From NCBI RefSeq assembly GCF_018398935.1, contig NZ_CP074694.1:3870001-3902000 (forward strand): a stretch of 32,000 bases of DNA. Reading direction: 5' to 3'. Every line of letters begins with the position of its first letter. Positions within the stretch are counted from its first letter, which is position 1. The translations under genes and the position numbers were made by a program. Source of the stretch: Telmatocola sphagniphila (GTDB lineage: Bacteria; Planctomycetota; Planctomycetia; Gemmatales; Gemmataceae). A model generated the notes under the pieces. It was not told where the DNA came from, ran no database searches, and saw nothing but the letters and a program-made list of their open reading frames with translations. Of the stretch, positions 8,774-17,790 are shown piece by piece.

Positions 8774-9571
8774 TTACCCCTTAAAAATCTTTTGGTTATG
8801 ATAATCCAGGTATTTTTGATTCAGGCTATGCCCTTCAGCAGTCTCCAGTTTCTCCAAATCTAACTCGATAGCTCCAAAATCACACATGGCATGATGGTTC
8901 GGGCAAACGCAGAGGATATTATCGATCACGTCTGGCCCGTTATGAGGGGATCCCAGTGGCTTGATATGATGACCTTCCGCATAGCCCGAGCCGTCTGCAA
9001 GCTTGATACTTACGCCACAGATTTGACATTTGTAGTTGTGAGCCTTCTTAGTCCAATCTGCTAGCCTGGTGTCGCGTACGATCCGATAAGTAGTTGTTGC
9101 TATACGGGCAGGAGGTTCGCCGAGATCCACAGCCAGGGGTGCGTCGGTTAGCTGTTCACGTTGACCGTTGCTTTCGCTTCCAGATGATCGTGCCACATTC
9201 CGCTGGGAAGTCTTACTGTTTTCAATTTCCGTTTTTACCTTATTTGATTGTGCGAGCAGAGTCTTCGCACGTGCAGTCAATTGCCATTTACCTCTTGAAA
9301 CGAGTTCGGCAAAACCGCGACCGGGTTTGTCCCGCATAGAAACAAGATGGCTGCGTGTCGTACTCGCTGAGAAAGTCTCGTCATTTAAAGGGAAATGTTC
9401 TTTTTCCGCTATTTTTCTTGCTGTTTCACCAATGTTCTTTGCCGATTCTGGCTTATTCAGCATCGCCATCGCGCGATGTATAATATGCGTCCGTTTACCT
9501 ATTTCGCCAAAGAGGATATCAAATCTTTTGTTATCGGGATGCATCGGCACGTTAAGTTCATTCTCGGCCAT
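8774..9571 (-). CDS. wHTH (Mrr_N-like) + HNH endonuclease, Type IV restriction-like
   Basis: HNH motif CQICG...GHHIKPL...NILCVCPNHHAMCD lies at nt ~8873-9028, preceded by YRIVRDTRLADW. The N-terminal ...GFAELVSRGKWQLTARAK resembles the end of an Mrr_N winged helix. I moved the start from the TTG at 9592 to ATG 9571 because AAGGAG sits at 9580-9585, 8 nt upstream. Confidence 0.85.
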   Translation of the reverse strand: MAENELNVPMHPDNKRFDILFGEIGKRTHIIHRAMAMLNKPESAKNIGETARKIAEKEHFPLNDETFSASTTRSHLVSMRDKPGRGFAELVSRGKWQLTARAKTLLAQSNKVKTEIENSKTSQRNVARSSGSESNGQREQLTDAPLAVDLGEPPARIATTTYRIVRDTRLADWTKKAHNYKCQICGVSIKLADGSGYAEGHHIKPLGSPHNGPDVIDNILCVCPNHHAMCDFGAIELDLEKLETAEGHSLNQKYLDYHNQKIFKG

Positions 9572-9619
9572 CAGAAGTACTCCTTTTAGCAAGAATTAAT
9601 TTTCGAATTAGATTGTAGC

Positions 9620-10483
9620 CTACCCCAGATACTCCCTCAACTCATTGAACGGATAGAACCAGGCCGGTTGCGGTGCATTGACCGGCTCCTTCAGCTTCTC
9701 GAATCGTATCGGTTTTCGGAGATACCACTCGCCCCCCTGGCGCGTCCTTTTGCTGTCATACAAATCGACTGAACCGATCAGGACCCCTCGTGGCAAATCA
9801 TCGACGAGTATATCCCGAATACCGTAGTCTGCCATATCCATCATTTCGTGTTCAAAGGGACTTCTGCCTTTGGCGGCATAAATCATAACTCTGCCCCGGA
9901 CCTTGGTTTCTTTCGAGCGATACTCGATATCCTTAATCCCGCGCATGATCGCCTCCGCATGCGGCTGGCGAATGCTCAACGCGTGCACCGGCGTGTAATG
10001 CTCGAGAATTTTTCTCAGTTGTTTGTGTTCTCTGGGATCTATCTCCTCGAGCTTCAGTAGGGTTTTGATGATTTCCTTTGGATCTCCGGGTGGCTTGTGC
10101 GATCGGGCCAGCTCAAGCAGTGTCTCGGTATAACGAAGATCGGAAATATCGCGGAAACCCACCAAATTTCCGCAACTGACTTTGAACTTTTCGAAAGCGG
10201 CCCCTTTTAATTCTTGCGGTGGAGCCAGTTGCCAGCCTTTACCTCCCAATTCGAAATCATCGTGGGCTTTTCTGCGCTTACCAGACTGAATTCGAAAGGT
10301 TTCCCAGAGAAAATACCGGCGTGGCCGCCCGATACCCACAATGAGAAAAACCTGACCAGTGGCCTCGAGCGCATTGGGAACTTTCGTATGAATTGTTAGT
10401 TCGGTAGCGTCAAACGGAGTTTCAGAATTTTCAAACGGCAGCAAGGTCGAAGTGGAATTGTGGTACTGGACGTAGTAGTTCAT
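9620..10483 (-). CDS. ASCH (PUA-like) domain protein with an unknown ~165-aa N-terminal domain
   Basis: 287-aa ORF ending 27-48 bp upstream of the HNH gene on the same strand. The C-terminal half ALSIRQPHAEAIMRGIKDIEYRSKETKVRGRVMIYAAK...GVLIGSVDLYD has the ASCH pattern (nt ~9659-9991). The N-terminal MNYYVQYHN... domain was not recognised. Confidence 0.8.
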   Translation of the reverse strand: MNYYVQYHNSTSTLLPFENSETPFDATELTIHTKVPNALEATGQVFLIVGIGRPRRYFLWETFRIQSGKRRKAHDDFELGGKGWQLAPPQELKGAAFEKFKVSCGNLVGFRDISDLRYTETLLELARSHKPPGDPKEIIKTLLKLEEIDPREHKQLRKILEHYTPVHALSIRQPHAEAIMRGIKDIEYRSKETKVRGRVMIYAAKGRSPFEHEMMDMADYGIRDILVDDLPRGVLIGSVDLYDSKRTRQGGEWYLRKPIRFEKLKEPVNAPQPAWFYPFNELREYLG

Positions 10484-10645
10484 CTGATTCGATCCTCTAT
10501 TTGATTGACGAAAATTATGCCTGAATTTTCAAACTTTGTTGCATTTTTCGGAGTCTGCAATTGCTGGAACTTTTCCTCATCGCATAATAGCCACTCTGGG
10601 TAGGACTTTTTGCTTACGCCGCCGATAGATCCCTCAGGGCCCGCG

Positions 10646-13600
10646 ATGAACAACCCTTTCTTTGATCAGCCTATACTGAATTCTCCTTACGAGTACCCCA
10701 CCCGTCACTGGGAACTCGATTCCGAAGGTCAGCCGACCCAGAAAATTCTGGAAACTCGACGCCGGGCAAGTTTCATCACGCCGATACCAAAGCCCAAAAA
10801 ACGAAAAGCGAAAACCGCACAACAGGAGATGATCTTCGATGAGGGGCTGGGGCTCTCAAATGAAAAGCAGCAATACGATCAGACTTCAATGATCAATGAG
10901 GTCCGGTCCTTCGTCGATCAGTGGCGACGGCTATCGGACAACAGCAGCTGGGGCGTTACGCCGCAGACCGCCCGGCTCCTAAAACACTGGCGGCATCACC
11001 GGTTCAGCGCTATTCGACCCTTCTTTTGCCAGATCGAAGCTGTGGAAACGGCGATCTGGCTCAGCGAAGTGGCTCCCAGCTTCGCAGCCGGTCGCAAAGT
11101 CCTCGAAAATCTTCAAGCGGCCAATCAGGATGCCAACCCCGAACTGTTTCGCATCGCTCTCAAGCTGGCTACCGGGGCCGGCAAGACGACCGTCATGGCC
11201 ATGCTGATCGCCTGGCAAACGGTCAACGCCGTTCATCATGAAAATAGCAAGCTGTTCACCCGAGGCTTCCTGATTGTCGCGCCGGGTCTCACAATCAAGG
11301 AGCGGTTGGGCGTTTTACTTCCCAACGACGCCAACAGCTATTACTCGAATTTTGAACTCGTCCCCGCTGACATGCTCGAAGACATCAAACGAGCAAAAAT
11401 AGTCATCACCAATTATCACGCTTTCCGGCTACGGGAAAGAACCGACGTTTCTAAAGGAACCCGAGCTGCGCTCGAAGGCTGGCGAAAGGAAGAACTCAAG
11501 ACGCTGGAAACCGAAGGCCAGATGATCCAGCGGGTCATGCCCGACCTGATGAATATGAAAAACGTTTTGGTCATCAACGATGAAGCTCATCACTGCTATC
11601 GGGCGAAGGTCCAAGATTCCGATGAAGAAGAACTGACCGGCGAAGAAAAAGATGAAGCGACTAAGAATAACGCCAAAGCGCGCCTCTGGATTTCCGGACT
11701 GGAAACGGTTAAGCGTCAACTGGGCGTCAACCGCGTTTACGACCTTTCCGCCACACCATTCTTCCTGAGAGGTTCCAACTACGCCGAGGGCACCCTATTC
11801 ACCTGGACGGTCAGCGATTTTTCTCTGATGGATGCCATCGAAAGCGGCATCGTCAAACTCCCACGCGTTCCTGTCACCGACAATATCCCCGGTCAGGAAA
11901 TGCCGATGTTCCGGAATCTCTGGGAGAATATCCGAAAAGATATGCCCAAAAAAGGTCGGGGTAAGAATGCGGAGCTAGATCCGCTGAAGCTGCCCACGCG
12001 ACTCAAAACGGCGCTCGAAGCCCTGTACGGCCACTACGAAAAGACTTTCAAACTTTGGGAAGACGCCGGCATCAAAGTCCCGCCCTGTTTCATCATCGTT
12101 TGCCAGAATACCGCCATCTCTAAACTGGTCTTCGATTACGTTTCCGGTTTCCAGCGAACCAATCCCGATGGCACGACGAGCCTGGAGAATGGCCGACTCG
12201 CCCTGTTTCGCAACTTCGATGAAACCACTGGTAACCCCTTGCCTCGGCCGAATACATTGCTGATTGACAGCGAGCAACTCGAAGCCGGCGATGCGCTCGA
12301 TACCAACTTCCGTGCCATGGCTTCGGATGAAATCGAACGCTTCCGCCGGGAGTTGATCGAGCGAACAGGCGATCAGCACGCCGCGGACAGCATCACCGAT
12401 CAGGCACTGCTGCGCGGGGTCATGAATACCGTCGGCAAACCGGGTCGGCTCGGCGGCAGTATTCGTTGCGTGGTTTCGGTCGCCATGCTCACCGAAGGCT
12501 GGGACACCAACACCGTTACTCACGTGCTCGGCGTGCGGGCCTTCGGCACACAACTTCTCTGCGAACAGGTGATCGGTCGAGCACTCCGCCGCCAATCTTA
12601 CGAAATCAACGAAGACGGCCCGAACCAAGGGCTCTTCAATGTGGAATATGCGGACATCTTCGGCATTCCGTTCGATTTTGCGAGCAAACCGACGATAGCA
12701 GCCCCTCAGCCTCCGCGAGAGATTATCCAAGTCAAAGCCATGCGGCCCGAACGCAATGCGTTGGAAATTCGCTTCCCTCGCGTCGAAGGCTATCGCGTTG
12801 AATTGCCCGAAGAGCGATTGGAAGCGGTGTTCAACGACGATTCAAAGTTTGAGCTCACACCGGAAATCGTCGGCGCTTCCAAAACGCAAAACGCTGGTAT
12901 CATCGGCCAAGTCGCGGAAATGAGTCTCGAACACTTGCAAGACTACCGACCTTCCACCATCGTCTATAAGGTCACCGAACGGCTGCTCTACACCAAATTC
13001 CGCGATCCGGGACAGGATCCCCCCTTGAATCTGTTCGGCCAATTGAAACGCATTGTTAAACAATGGCTCGATACCTGTCTGGACTGCAAAGGGGGCACCT
13101 ACCCAGCCCAGTTAATAGATCCGGCCCTGGCCGACATTGCCTGCAATCGCATCATCTCAGCGATCACTCGGAAACATCAGGACAAGAATCCGATCAAAGC
13201 CATGCTGGATCCTTACAATCCGGCCGGTTCGACGATGTTCGTCCGCTTCAACACTTCCAAACCCGATCGCTGGGAAACGGCGGCCCACAAATGTCATGTG
13301 AATTGGGTCATTCTGGATAGCGATTGGGAAGCGGAGTTCTGCCGGGTGGCGGAAGCTCATCCCAAAGTGTTTTCCTATGTCAAGAACCACGGCCTGGGAT
13401 TCGAAGTCCCCTACCAGTTCGGCTCGGAAAATCGCAAGTACCGGCCCGATTTCATTGTTTTGATCGACGATGGGCGTGGGCCAACGGACCTCTTGCATTT
13501 AGTTGTGGAAATCAAAGGATTTCGGCGGGAAGACGCCAAGGAGAAGAAATCGACGATGGACACCTATTGGATTCCAGGCGTTAACCAGCTGGGCAGCTTC

Positions 13601-13729
13601 GGTCGCTGGGCCTTTGCCGAGTTTCGCGATGTCTACACGATCGAAAGCGATTTCGAAAAGAAACTCAAAGCCGAATTTGAGAAGTTGATCGACTCGGCGG
13701 TCAGTCTGCGAGTGGGGGCAAAGAGATAA
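10646..13729 (+). CDS. res: Type III-like restriction enzyme Res subunit (SF2 helicase + C-terminal PD-(D/E)xK nuclease)
   Basis: Walker A ATGAGKT is at 11168-11188 and DEAH at 11579-11590. Further helicase motifs are DLSATPF and MLTEGWDTNTVTHVLG...GRALRR. The C-terminal nuclease motif is PDF...VVEIKG at 13448-13516. ATG 10646 (MNNPFFDQPILNSPYEYP) is preferred over the TTG at 10610. Confidence 0.9.
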   Translation: MNNPFFDQPILNSPYEYPTRHWELDSEGQPTQKILETRRRASFITPIPKPKKRKAKTAQQEMIFDEGLGLSNEKQQYDQTSMINEVRSFVDQWRRLSDNSSWGVTPQTARLLKHWRHHRFSAIRPFFCQIEAVETAIWLSEVAPSFAAGRKVLENLQAANQDANPELFRIALKLATGAGKTTVMAMLIAWQTVNAVHHENSKLFTRGFLIVAPGLTIKERLGVLLPNDANSYYSNFELVPADMLEDIKRAKIVITNYHAFRLRERTDVSKGTRAALEGWRKEELKTLETEGQMIQRVMPDLMNMKNVLVINDEAHHCYRAKVQDSDEEELTGEEKDEATKNNAKARLWISGLETVKRQLGVNRVYDLSATPFFLRGSNYAEGTLFTWTVSDFSLMDAIESGIVKLPRVPVTDNIPGQEMPMFRNLWENIRKDMPKKGRGKNAELDPLKLPTRLKTALEALYGHYEKTFKLWEDAGIKVPPCFIIVCQNTAISKLVFDYVSGFQRTNPDGTTSLENGRLALFRNFDETTGNPLPRPNTLLIDSEQLEAGDALDTNFRAMASDEIERFRRELIERTGDQHAADSITDQALLRGVMNTVGKPGRLGGSIRCVVSVAMLTEGWDTNTVTHVLGVRAFGTQLLCEQVIGRALRRQSYEINEDGPNQGLFNVEYADIFGIPFDFASKPTIAAPQPPREIIQVKAMRPERNALEIRFPRVEGYRVELPEERLEAVFNDDSKFELTPEIVGASKTQNAGIIGQVAEMSLEHLQDYRPSTIVYKVTERLLYTKFRDPGQDPPLNLFGQLKRIVKQWLDTCLDCKGGTYPAQLIDPALADIACNRIISAITRKHQDKNPIKAMLDPYNPAGSTMFVRFNTSKPDRWETAAHKCHVNWVILDSDWEAEFCRVAEAHPKVFSYVKNHGLGFEVPYQFGSENRKYRPDFIVLIDDGRGPTDLLHLVVEIKGFRREDAKEKKSTMDTYWIPGVNQLGSFGRWAFAEFRDVYTIESDFEKKLKAEFEKLIDSAVSLRVGAKR

Positions 13730-13731
13730 TC

Positions 13732-16515
13732 ATGGCCAAGAAACCTACCCCGAAAATGTCGGTCGAAACGATCTCGCATAAAGACGACAAGCGGAAGAAC
13801 ATCCCGACGGCCGAATTTCAGTCCGTGTTGAAGCAGGAGCAACAATCGCCCATGAAAGTCCATTACGAACGCCGCAACCGGGATCTTGATCCCCAGCTGG
13901 TCTGGCGCGGTAAAGACGAGCAGGATTGGAGCGATCTGATCGCTCCCGCACCGCCCATCTACATCCAGGAAAAAGTTCATCCCAAATCTCTCATTGACGA
14001 TCTCCTGAGACAAACGGAAGAGTCTGGGAAAAAAGACAAAAGCCAAGGACCCGATCTCTTCAGCGACTTCAACGGCATACCAGAAGGCGCTGACAAAACC
14101 GACTTCTACCATCACGACGGCCACTGGTCGAACAGGATGATCCTGGGCGACTCGCTCCAGGTGATGGCCAGCTTGGCGGAACGCGAAGGATTACGAGGAA
14201 AAGTGCAGTGCATATATTTCGATCCGCCTTACGGCATCAAGTTCAACTCGAATTTTCAGTGGTCGACGACCAGCCGCGATGTGAAGGATGGCAAGGCGGA
14301 CAACATCACTCGCGAGCCGGAACAGGTGAAAGCCTTCCGCGATACCTGGCGCGATGGGATTCACAGTTACCTGACCTACTTGCGGGATCGATTGACGGTG
14401 GCTCGGGATTTGCTGACGGAATCAGGCTCGATCTTCGTACAGATCGGGGATGAAAATGTGCACCGCGTCCGGGCGGTAATGGATGAAGTTTTTGGAGAGC
14501 AGAACTTCATCAGCCAAATCACAATTCAGACAACAACTGGGTTTGAGGCGACCTATCTCGGAAACATGTCGGATCACGTGCTTTGGTATGGCAAGAGGAA
14601 GGAAATTGGTCGCGCAAACCCGCCGTTGTTTCGGAAGAATTTTGAACTTGGCGAAGGGAATGCGCGTTGGCTACTTTTTGACGACTTTTCCTACCGTGGA
14701 GTCAGCGCTGAAGAGAAGCGTGGAGAAAAGTCCATACCAATCGGCGCGAAACCGTACAAGCCAGACAACATTCTCTCGCAAGGACGAGCTAAGGAACCTC
14801 AACCGTTCGAGTTTAGAGGTCGGACGTATGACAGTTGGGGAAAGAACTCCCATTGGAAAGCAAATTATCCTGTTGGCATGTTGCGTCTCGCGAAGGCCAG
14901 CAGAATCCACGTTGCGGAGAATTCAATTCAGTACGTGCGACTGCATACCGATTTCGAAGCTAGCGTTCATGGCAACATGTGGTTTGATACCGGCTCCGGC
15001 AATTTCACAGACGAAAAACTCTATGTCGTACAGACGAATGCTAAGGTTATAGAACGTTGCATTCTCATGGCGACGAACCCCGGCGATCTTGTTCTCGATC
15101 CCACCTGCGGATCAGGAACTACAGCCACGGTGGCCGAGCAATGGGGTCGGCGCTGGATAACGATTGACACTTCGCGAGTCGCCTTGGCGCTGGCCCGAGC
15201 CCGAATCATGGGCGCACGCTACCCCTACTACATTCTTGCCGATTCCCGTGAAGGTCAGTTTAAGGAAGCAGAACTCTCCGGTCGAATCGCCTCATCGCAG
15301 CCGGTTCATGGCAGTATTCGACAAGGGTTTGTTTACGAGCGAGTGCCGCATATCAGCTTAAAATCGATTGCCAAAAATGCAGAAATCGATGTCATCTGGG
15401 AAACGTGGCAGCAAGAACTGGAACCGCTGCGGGAAGCTCTCAATAAAGCCTTGAAGCAGAAGTGGGAAGAGTGGGAGATTCCTCGAGAAGCCGATGCGAA
15501 ATGGCCGGAAAAAGCGAAGGGGTTCCATAAGGATTGGTGGCAGGCACGAATTTCCCGACAGAAGGAAATCGACGCCTCGATTGCCGCTAAGGCGGAATTT
15601 GAAAAACTCTACGACAAGCCCTATGAGGACAAAAAGAAGGTTCGTGTGGCCGGGCCGTTTACGGTGGAGAGCCTGAGCCCCCATCGTATGCTAGGCGTCG
15701 ATGAAAACGATGAATTGATCGATCCGAAAAAGAATCTGCATGTGGAGCACCAGAGCTTCGAGCAGATGATTCTGGAAAATCTTCGAACTGCCGGCGTGCA
15801 ACAGGCCCACAAGGAAGACAAGATTTCTTTCACTTCGCTCGCTCCTTGGCCGGGAAAGTACATCTGTGCCGAAGGCCGTTATCTCGAAGCAGAGAAGGAG
15901 AAGCGAGCGGGCGTTTTCATTGGTCCCGAATTCGGCACCGTTCAAAGGCAGGATCTCGTGGTGGCGGCTCGGGAAGCTGGAGATGCCGGTTTCGATGTGC
16001 TGATTAGCTGCGCGTTCAACTACGAGGCCCATACCACCGAGTTCTCCAGTTTGGGCCGAATACCCGTTCTGAAAGCCCGCATGAATGCCGACCTGCACAT
16101 GTCGGACGAACTGAAGAACACAGGCAAGGGCAACCTGTTTGTGATCTTCGGGGAACCGGACATTGAGCTGATACCTGAGAAAAACGGTCAGCTCCGAATC
16201 AAAGTGAAAGGCGTGGATGTGTTCAAGCCTCAGACCGGCGAAGTGGTCAGTTCGAACACGGACGAGATCGCCTGCTGGTTCATCGATACCGACTACAACG
16301 AGGAGAGTTTCTTCGTCCGTCACGCCTACTTTCTCGGAGCAAGCGATCCTTACAAGAGCCTGAAAACAACCTTGAAGGCAGAGATCAACGAGGAAGCCTG
16401 GGAATCTCTGCATAGCGATATTTCCCGGCCATTTGACAAGCCGAAATCGGGCCGGATCGCCGTGAAGGTGATCAATCATCTGGGGGATGAGGTCATGAAG
16501 GTGTTCGGGGTGTAA
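13732..16515 (+). CDS. mod: Type III-like Mod subunit, beta-class N6A/N4C DNA methyltransferase (927 aa)
   Basis: DPPY (motif IV) lies at 14221-14232, upstream of motif I VLDPTCGSGTT at ~15091-15123; this order defines the beta class. The start is 2 nt after the res stop. The long C-terminal region ends ...GRIAVKVINHLGDEVMKVF, which I recall as typical of this long MTase family. Confidence 0.9.
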   Translation: MAKKPTPKMSVETISHKDDKRKNIPTAEFQSVLKQEQQSPMKVHYERRNRDLDPQLVWRGKDEQDWSDLIAPAPPIYIQEKVHPKSLIDDLLRQTEESGKKDKSQGPDLFSDFNGIPEGADKTDFYHHDGHWSNRMILGDSLQVMASLAEREGLRGKVQCIYFDPPYGIKFNSNFQWSTTSRDVKDGKADNITREPEQVKAFRDTWRDGIHSYLTYLRDRLTVARDLLTESGSIFVQIGDENVHRVRAVMDEVFGEQNFISQITIQTTTGFEATYLGNMSDHVLWYGKRKEIGRANPPLFRKNFELGEGNARWLLFDDFSYRGVSAEEKRGEKSIPIGAKPYKPDNILSQGRAKEPQPFEFRGRTYDSWGKNSHWKANYPVGMLRLAKASRIHVAENSIQYVRLHTDFEASVHGNMWFDTGSGNFTDEKLYVVQTNAKVIERCILMATNPGDLVLDPTCGSGTTATVAEQWGRRWITIDTSRVALALARARIMGARYPYYILADSREGQFKEAELSGRIASSQPVHGSIRQGFVYERVPHISLKSIAKNAEIDVIWETWQQELEPLREALNKALKQKWEEWEIPREADAKWPEKAKGFHKDWWQARISRQKEIDASIAAKAEFEKLYDKPYEDKKKVRVAGPFTVESLSPHRMLGVDENDELIDPKKNLHVEHQSFEQMILENLRTAGVQQAHKEDKISFTSLAPWPGKYICAEGRYLEAEKEKRAGVFIGPEFGTVQRQDLVVAAREAGDAGFDVLISCAFNYEAHTTEFSSLGRIPVLKARMNADLHMSDELKNTGKGNLFVIFGEPDIELIPEKNGQLRIKVKGVDVFKPQTGEVVSSNTDEIACWFIDTDYNEESFFVRHAYFLGASDPYKSLKTTLKAEINEEAWESLHSDISRPFDKPKSGRIAVKVINHLGDEVMKVFGV

Positions 16516-16522
16516 GGGCAAC

Positions 16523-16586
16523 TTTATACCAAATTATTGCCATTTATAGCAAAAATCAGATATAAATAGATATAAACGGATATAAA
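16523..16586. promoter_or_regulatory. Helically phased TATAAA/TTTATA repeat array directly upstream of the AAA+ ATPase gene
   Basis: GATATAAA occurs three times at exactly 10-bp spacing (16559-16566, 16569-16576, 16579-16586), ending 6 nt before ATG 16593. Two inverted copies (TTTATA) lie at 16523-16528 and 16543-16548, 20 bp apart. All of this sits inside the 77-bp mod-ATPase gap. Confidence 0.5.
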
Positions 16587-16592
16587 GCCACA

Positions 16593-17780
16593 ATGGACGC
16601 ACTCAAAAACCCCTTTTCTCCTGGTGCCGGATCCCCGCCTCCGGAGTTGGTAGGTCGGGATCCTATTCTAAAGGAAGCAAGAATTTTATTAGGACGGGTG
16701 AAGCAAAAAAAACCTGAAAAAAGCTTACTTTTGACCGGTCTTCGCGGCGTAGGTAAGACAGTCCTGCTGAACGAGATCGAACGAGATGCGAAGGAAGAGG
16801 GCTATCTGACGATCAATATTGAGGCGCATGAAGATAAAGCGTTAGGGCCTCTGATCGCACCTTACTTAAGAAGTTTGCTCTTCGAATTAAATAGAATGGC
16901 GGGGGCCATTGAGAAAGTTAAGCGTGCCTTCGCAGTGTTAAGCAGCTTCGTAAAAAGCCTGAAGGTCAAGATGGGGGACTTTTCATTAGGGCTAGATATA
17001 GAACCTGAAAAAGGCACTGCTGACAGTGGGGATTTGGAGCTGGATCTACCAAGTCTATTCGTGGCGGTCGGGGAAGCGGCAGAGGACCGCAAAAAAGCGG
17101 TCGCGATATTCGTTGATGAAGTACAATATTTTAGTTCCAAAGAACTTGGTGCATTGATAATGGCAATGCACAAGGTTCAACAGCTTCAGCTTCCTTTGGT
17201 ACTTGTAGGGGCTGGCCTCCCAATTTTACCCGGACTCGCCGGAGAATCCAAATCGTATGCTGAGAGGCTTTTCAGCTTTCCAGAGATCGGGGCACTCTCC
17301 AAAGAAGATTCAGCAAAAGCACTCCGAGATCCAGCTAAAGCTTCTGGAGTGATCATTGAGCCAAGTGCGCTTGAGAAAGTTTTTCTTCTAACGAAAGGTT
17401 ATCCTTATTTCGTACAAGAATGGGGCTATCAAGTATGGAATCTTGCTGAATCCAGTCCTATCGGCGTTCGAGTGGTTCAGAAAGCAACTGAGCTGGTAAT
17501 CCCTCGTTTGGATAAGAATTTTTTTCGTGTTCGATACGATCGATTGACACCGAGTGAAAAAAATTTTCTGAGAGCTATGGCGAGCTTGGGAAATAATTCT
17601 CAAAGAATTGGCGATATCGCGGACAAACTCCAAGTGAAAGTAACGAGCCTAAGCCCCGTTAGGGCTAAGCTGATCCACAAAGGAATGATCTATAGCCCAG
17701 CTCATGGAGAAATGGCTTTTACGGTTCCCCTTTTTGATGAATTTATGATCCGATCTATTCCGGTATTAAAATCTAAATAG
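16593..17780 (+). CDS. ORC/Cdc6-like AAA+ ATPase (ATPase_2/AAA_16 type) with C-terminal winged helix
   Basis: ELVGRD...LLLTGLRGVGKTVLL carries the Walker A at 16737-16760. AIFVDEVQYF is the Walker B. The C-terminal LTPSEKNFLRAMASLGNNSQRIGDIADKLQVKVTSLSPVRAKLIHKGMIY is wHTH-like. Confidence 0.85.
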   Translation: MDALKNPFSPGAGSPPPELVGRDPILKEARILLGRVKQKKPEKSLLLTGLRGVGKTVLLNEIERDAKEEGYLTINIEAHEDKALGPLIAPYLRSLLFELNRMAGAIEKVKRAFAVLSSFVKSLKVKMGDFSLGLDIEPEKGTADSGDLELDLPSLFVAVGEAAEDRKKAVAIFVDEVQYFSSKELGALIMAMHKVQQLQLPLVLVGAGLPILPGLAGESKSYAERLFSFPEIGALSKEDSAKALRDPAKASGVIIEPSALEKVFLLTKGYPYFVQEWGYQVWNLAESSPIGVRVVQKATELVIPRLDKNFFRVRYDRLTPSEKNFLRAMASLGNNSQRIGDIADKLQVKVTSLSPVRAKLIHKGMIYSPAHGEMAFTVPLFDEFMIRSIPVLKSK

Positions 17781-17790
17781 CGAGATCATT

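Noticed and set aside
10610-10645. N-terminal extensions from the track's first possible start codons: 10610 (res), 22379 (Ser recombinase), 22214 (integrase), 26534 (VWA), 29025 (clamp), 24459, 24791, 9592 (HNH) and 8346.
   Set aside because: The extensions overlap upstream genes, terminators or the palindrome, or they use TTG/GTG. In each case an internal ATG has a better Shine-Dalgarno and a conserved-looking N-terminus.
11975-12730. 251-aa minus-strand ORF inside res. Similar long antisense ORFs occur at 15691-16521 (276 aa, inside mod), 18691-19377 (228 aa, inside the helicase), 13633-14124, 5102-5581, 26149-26514 and 27092-27553.
   Set aside because: Each lies wholly antisense to a gene with strong catalytic-motif support. 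Their translations are Arg/Gly/Ser-rich and motif-free, as expected for shadow ORFs in GC-biased coding sequence.
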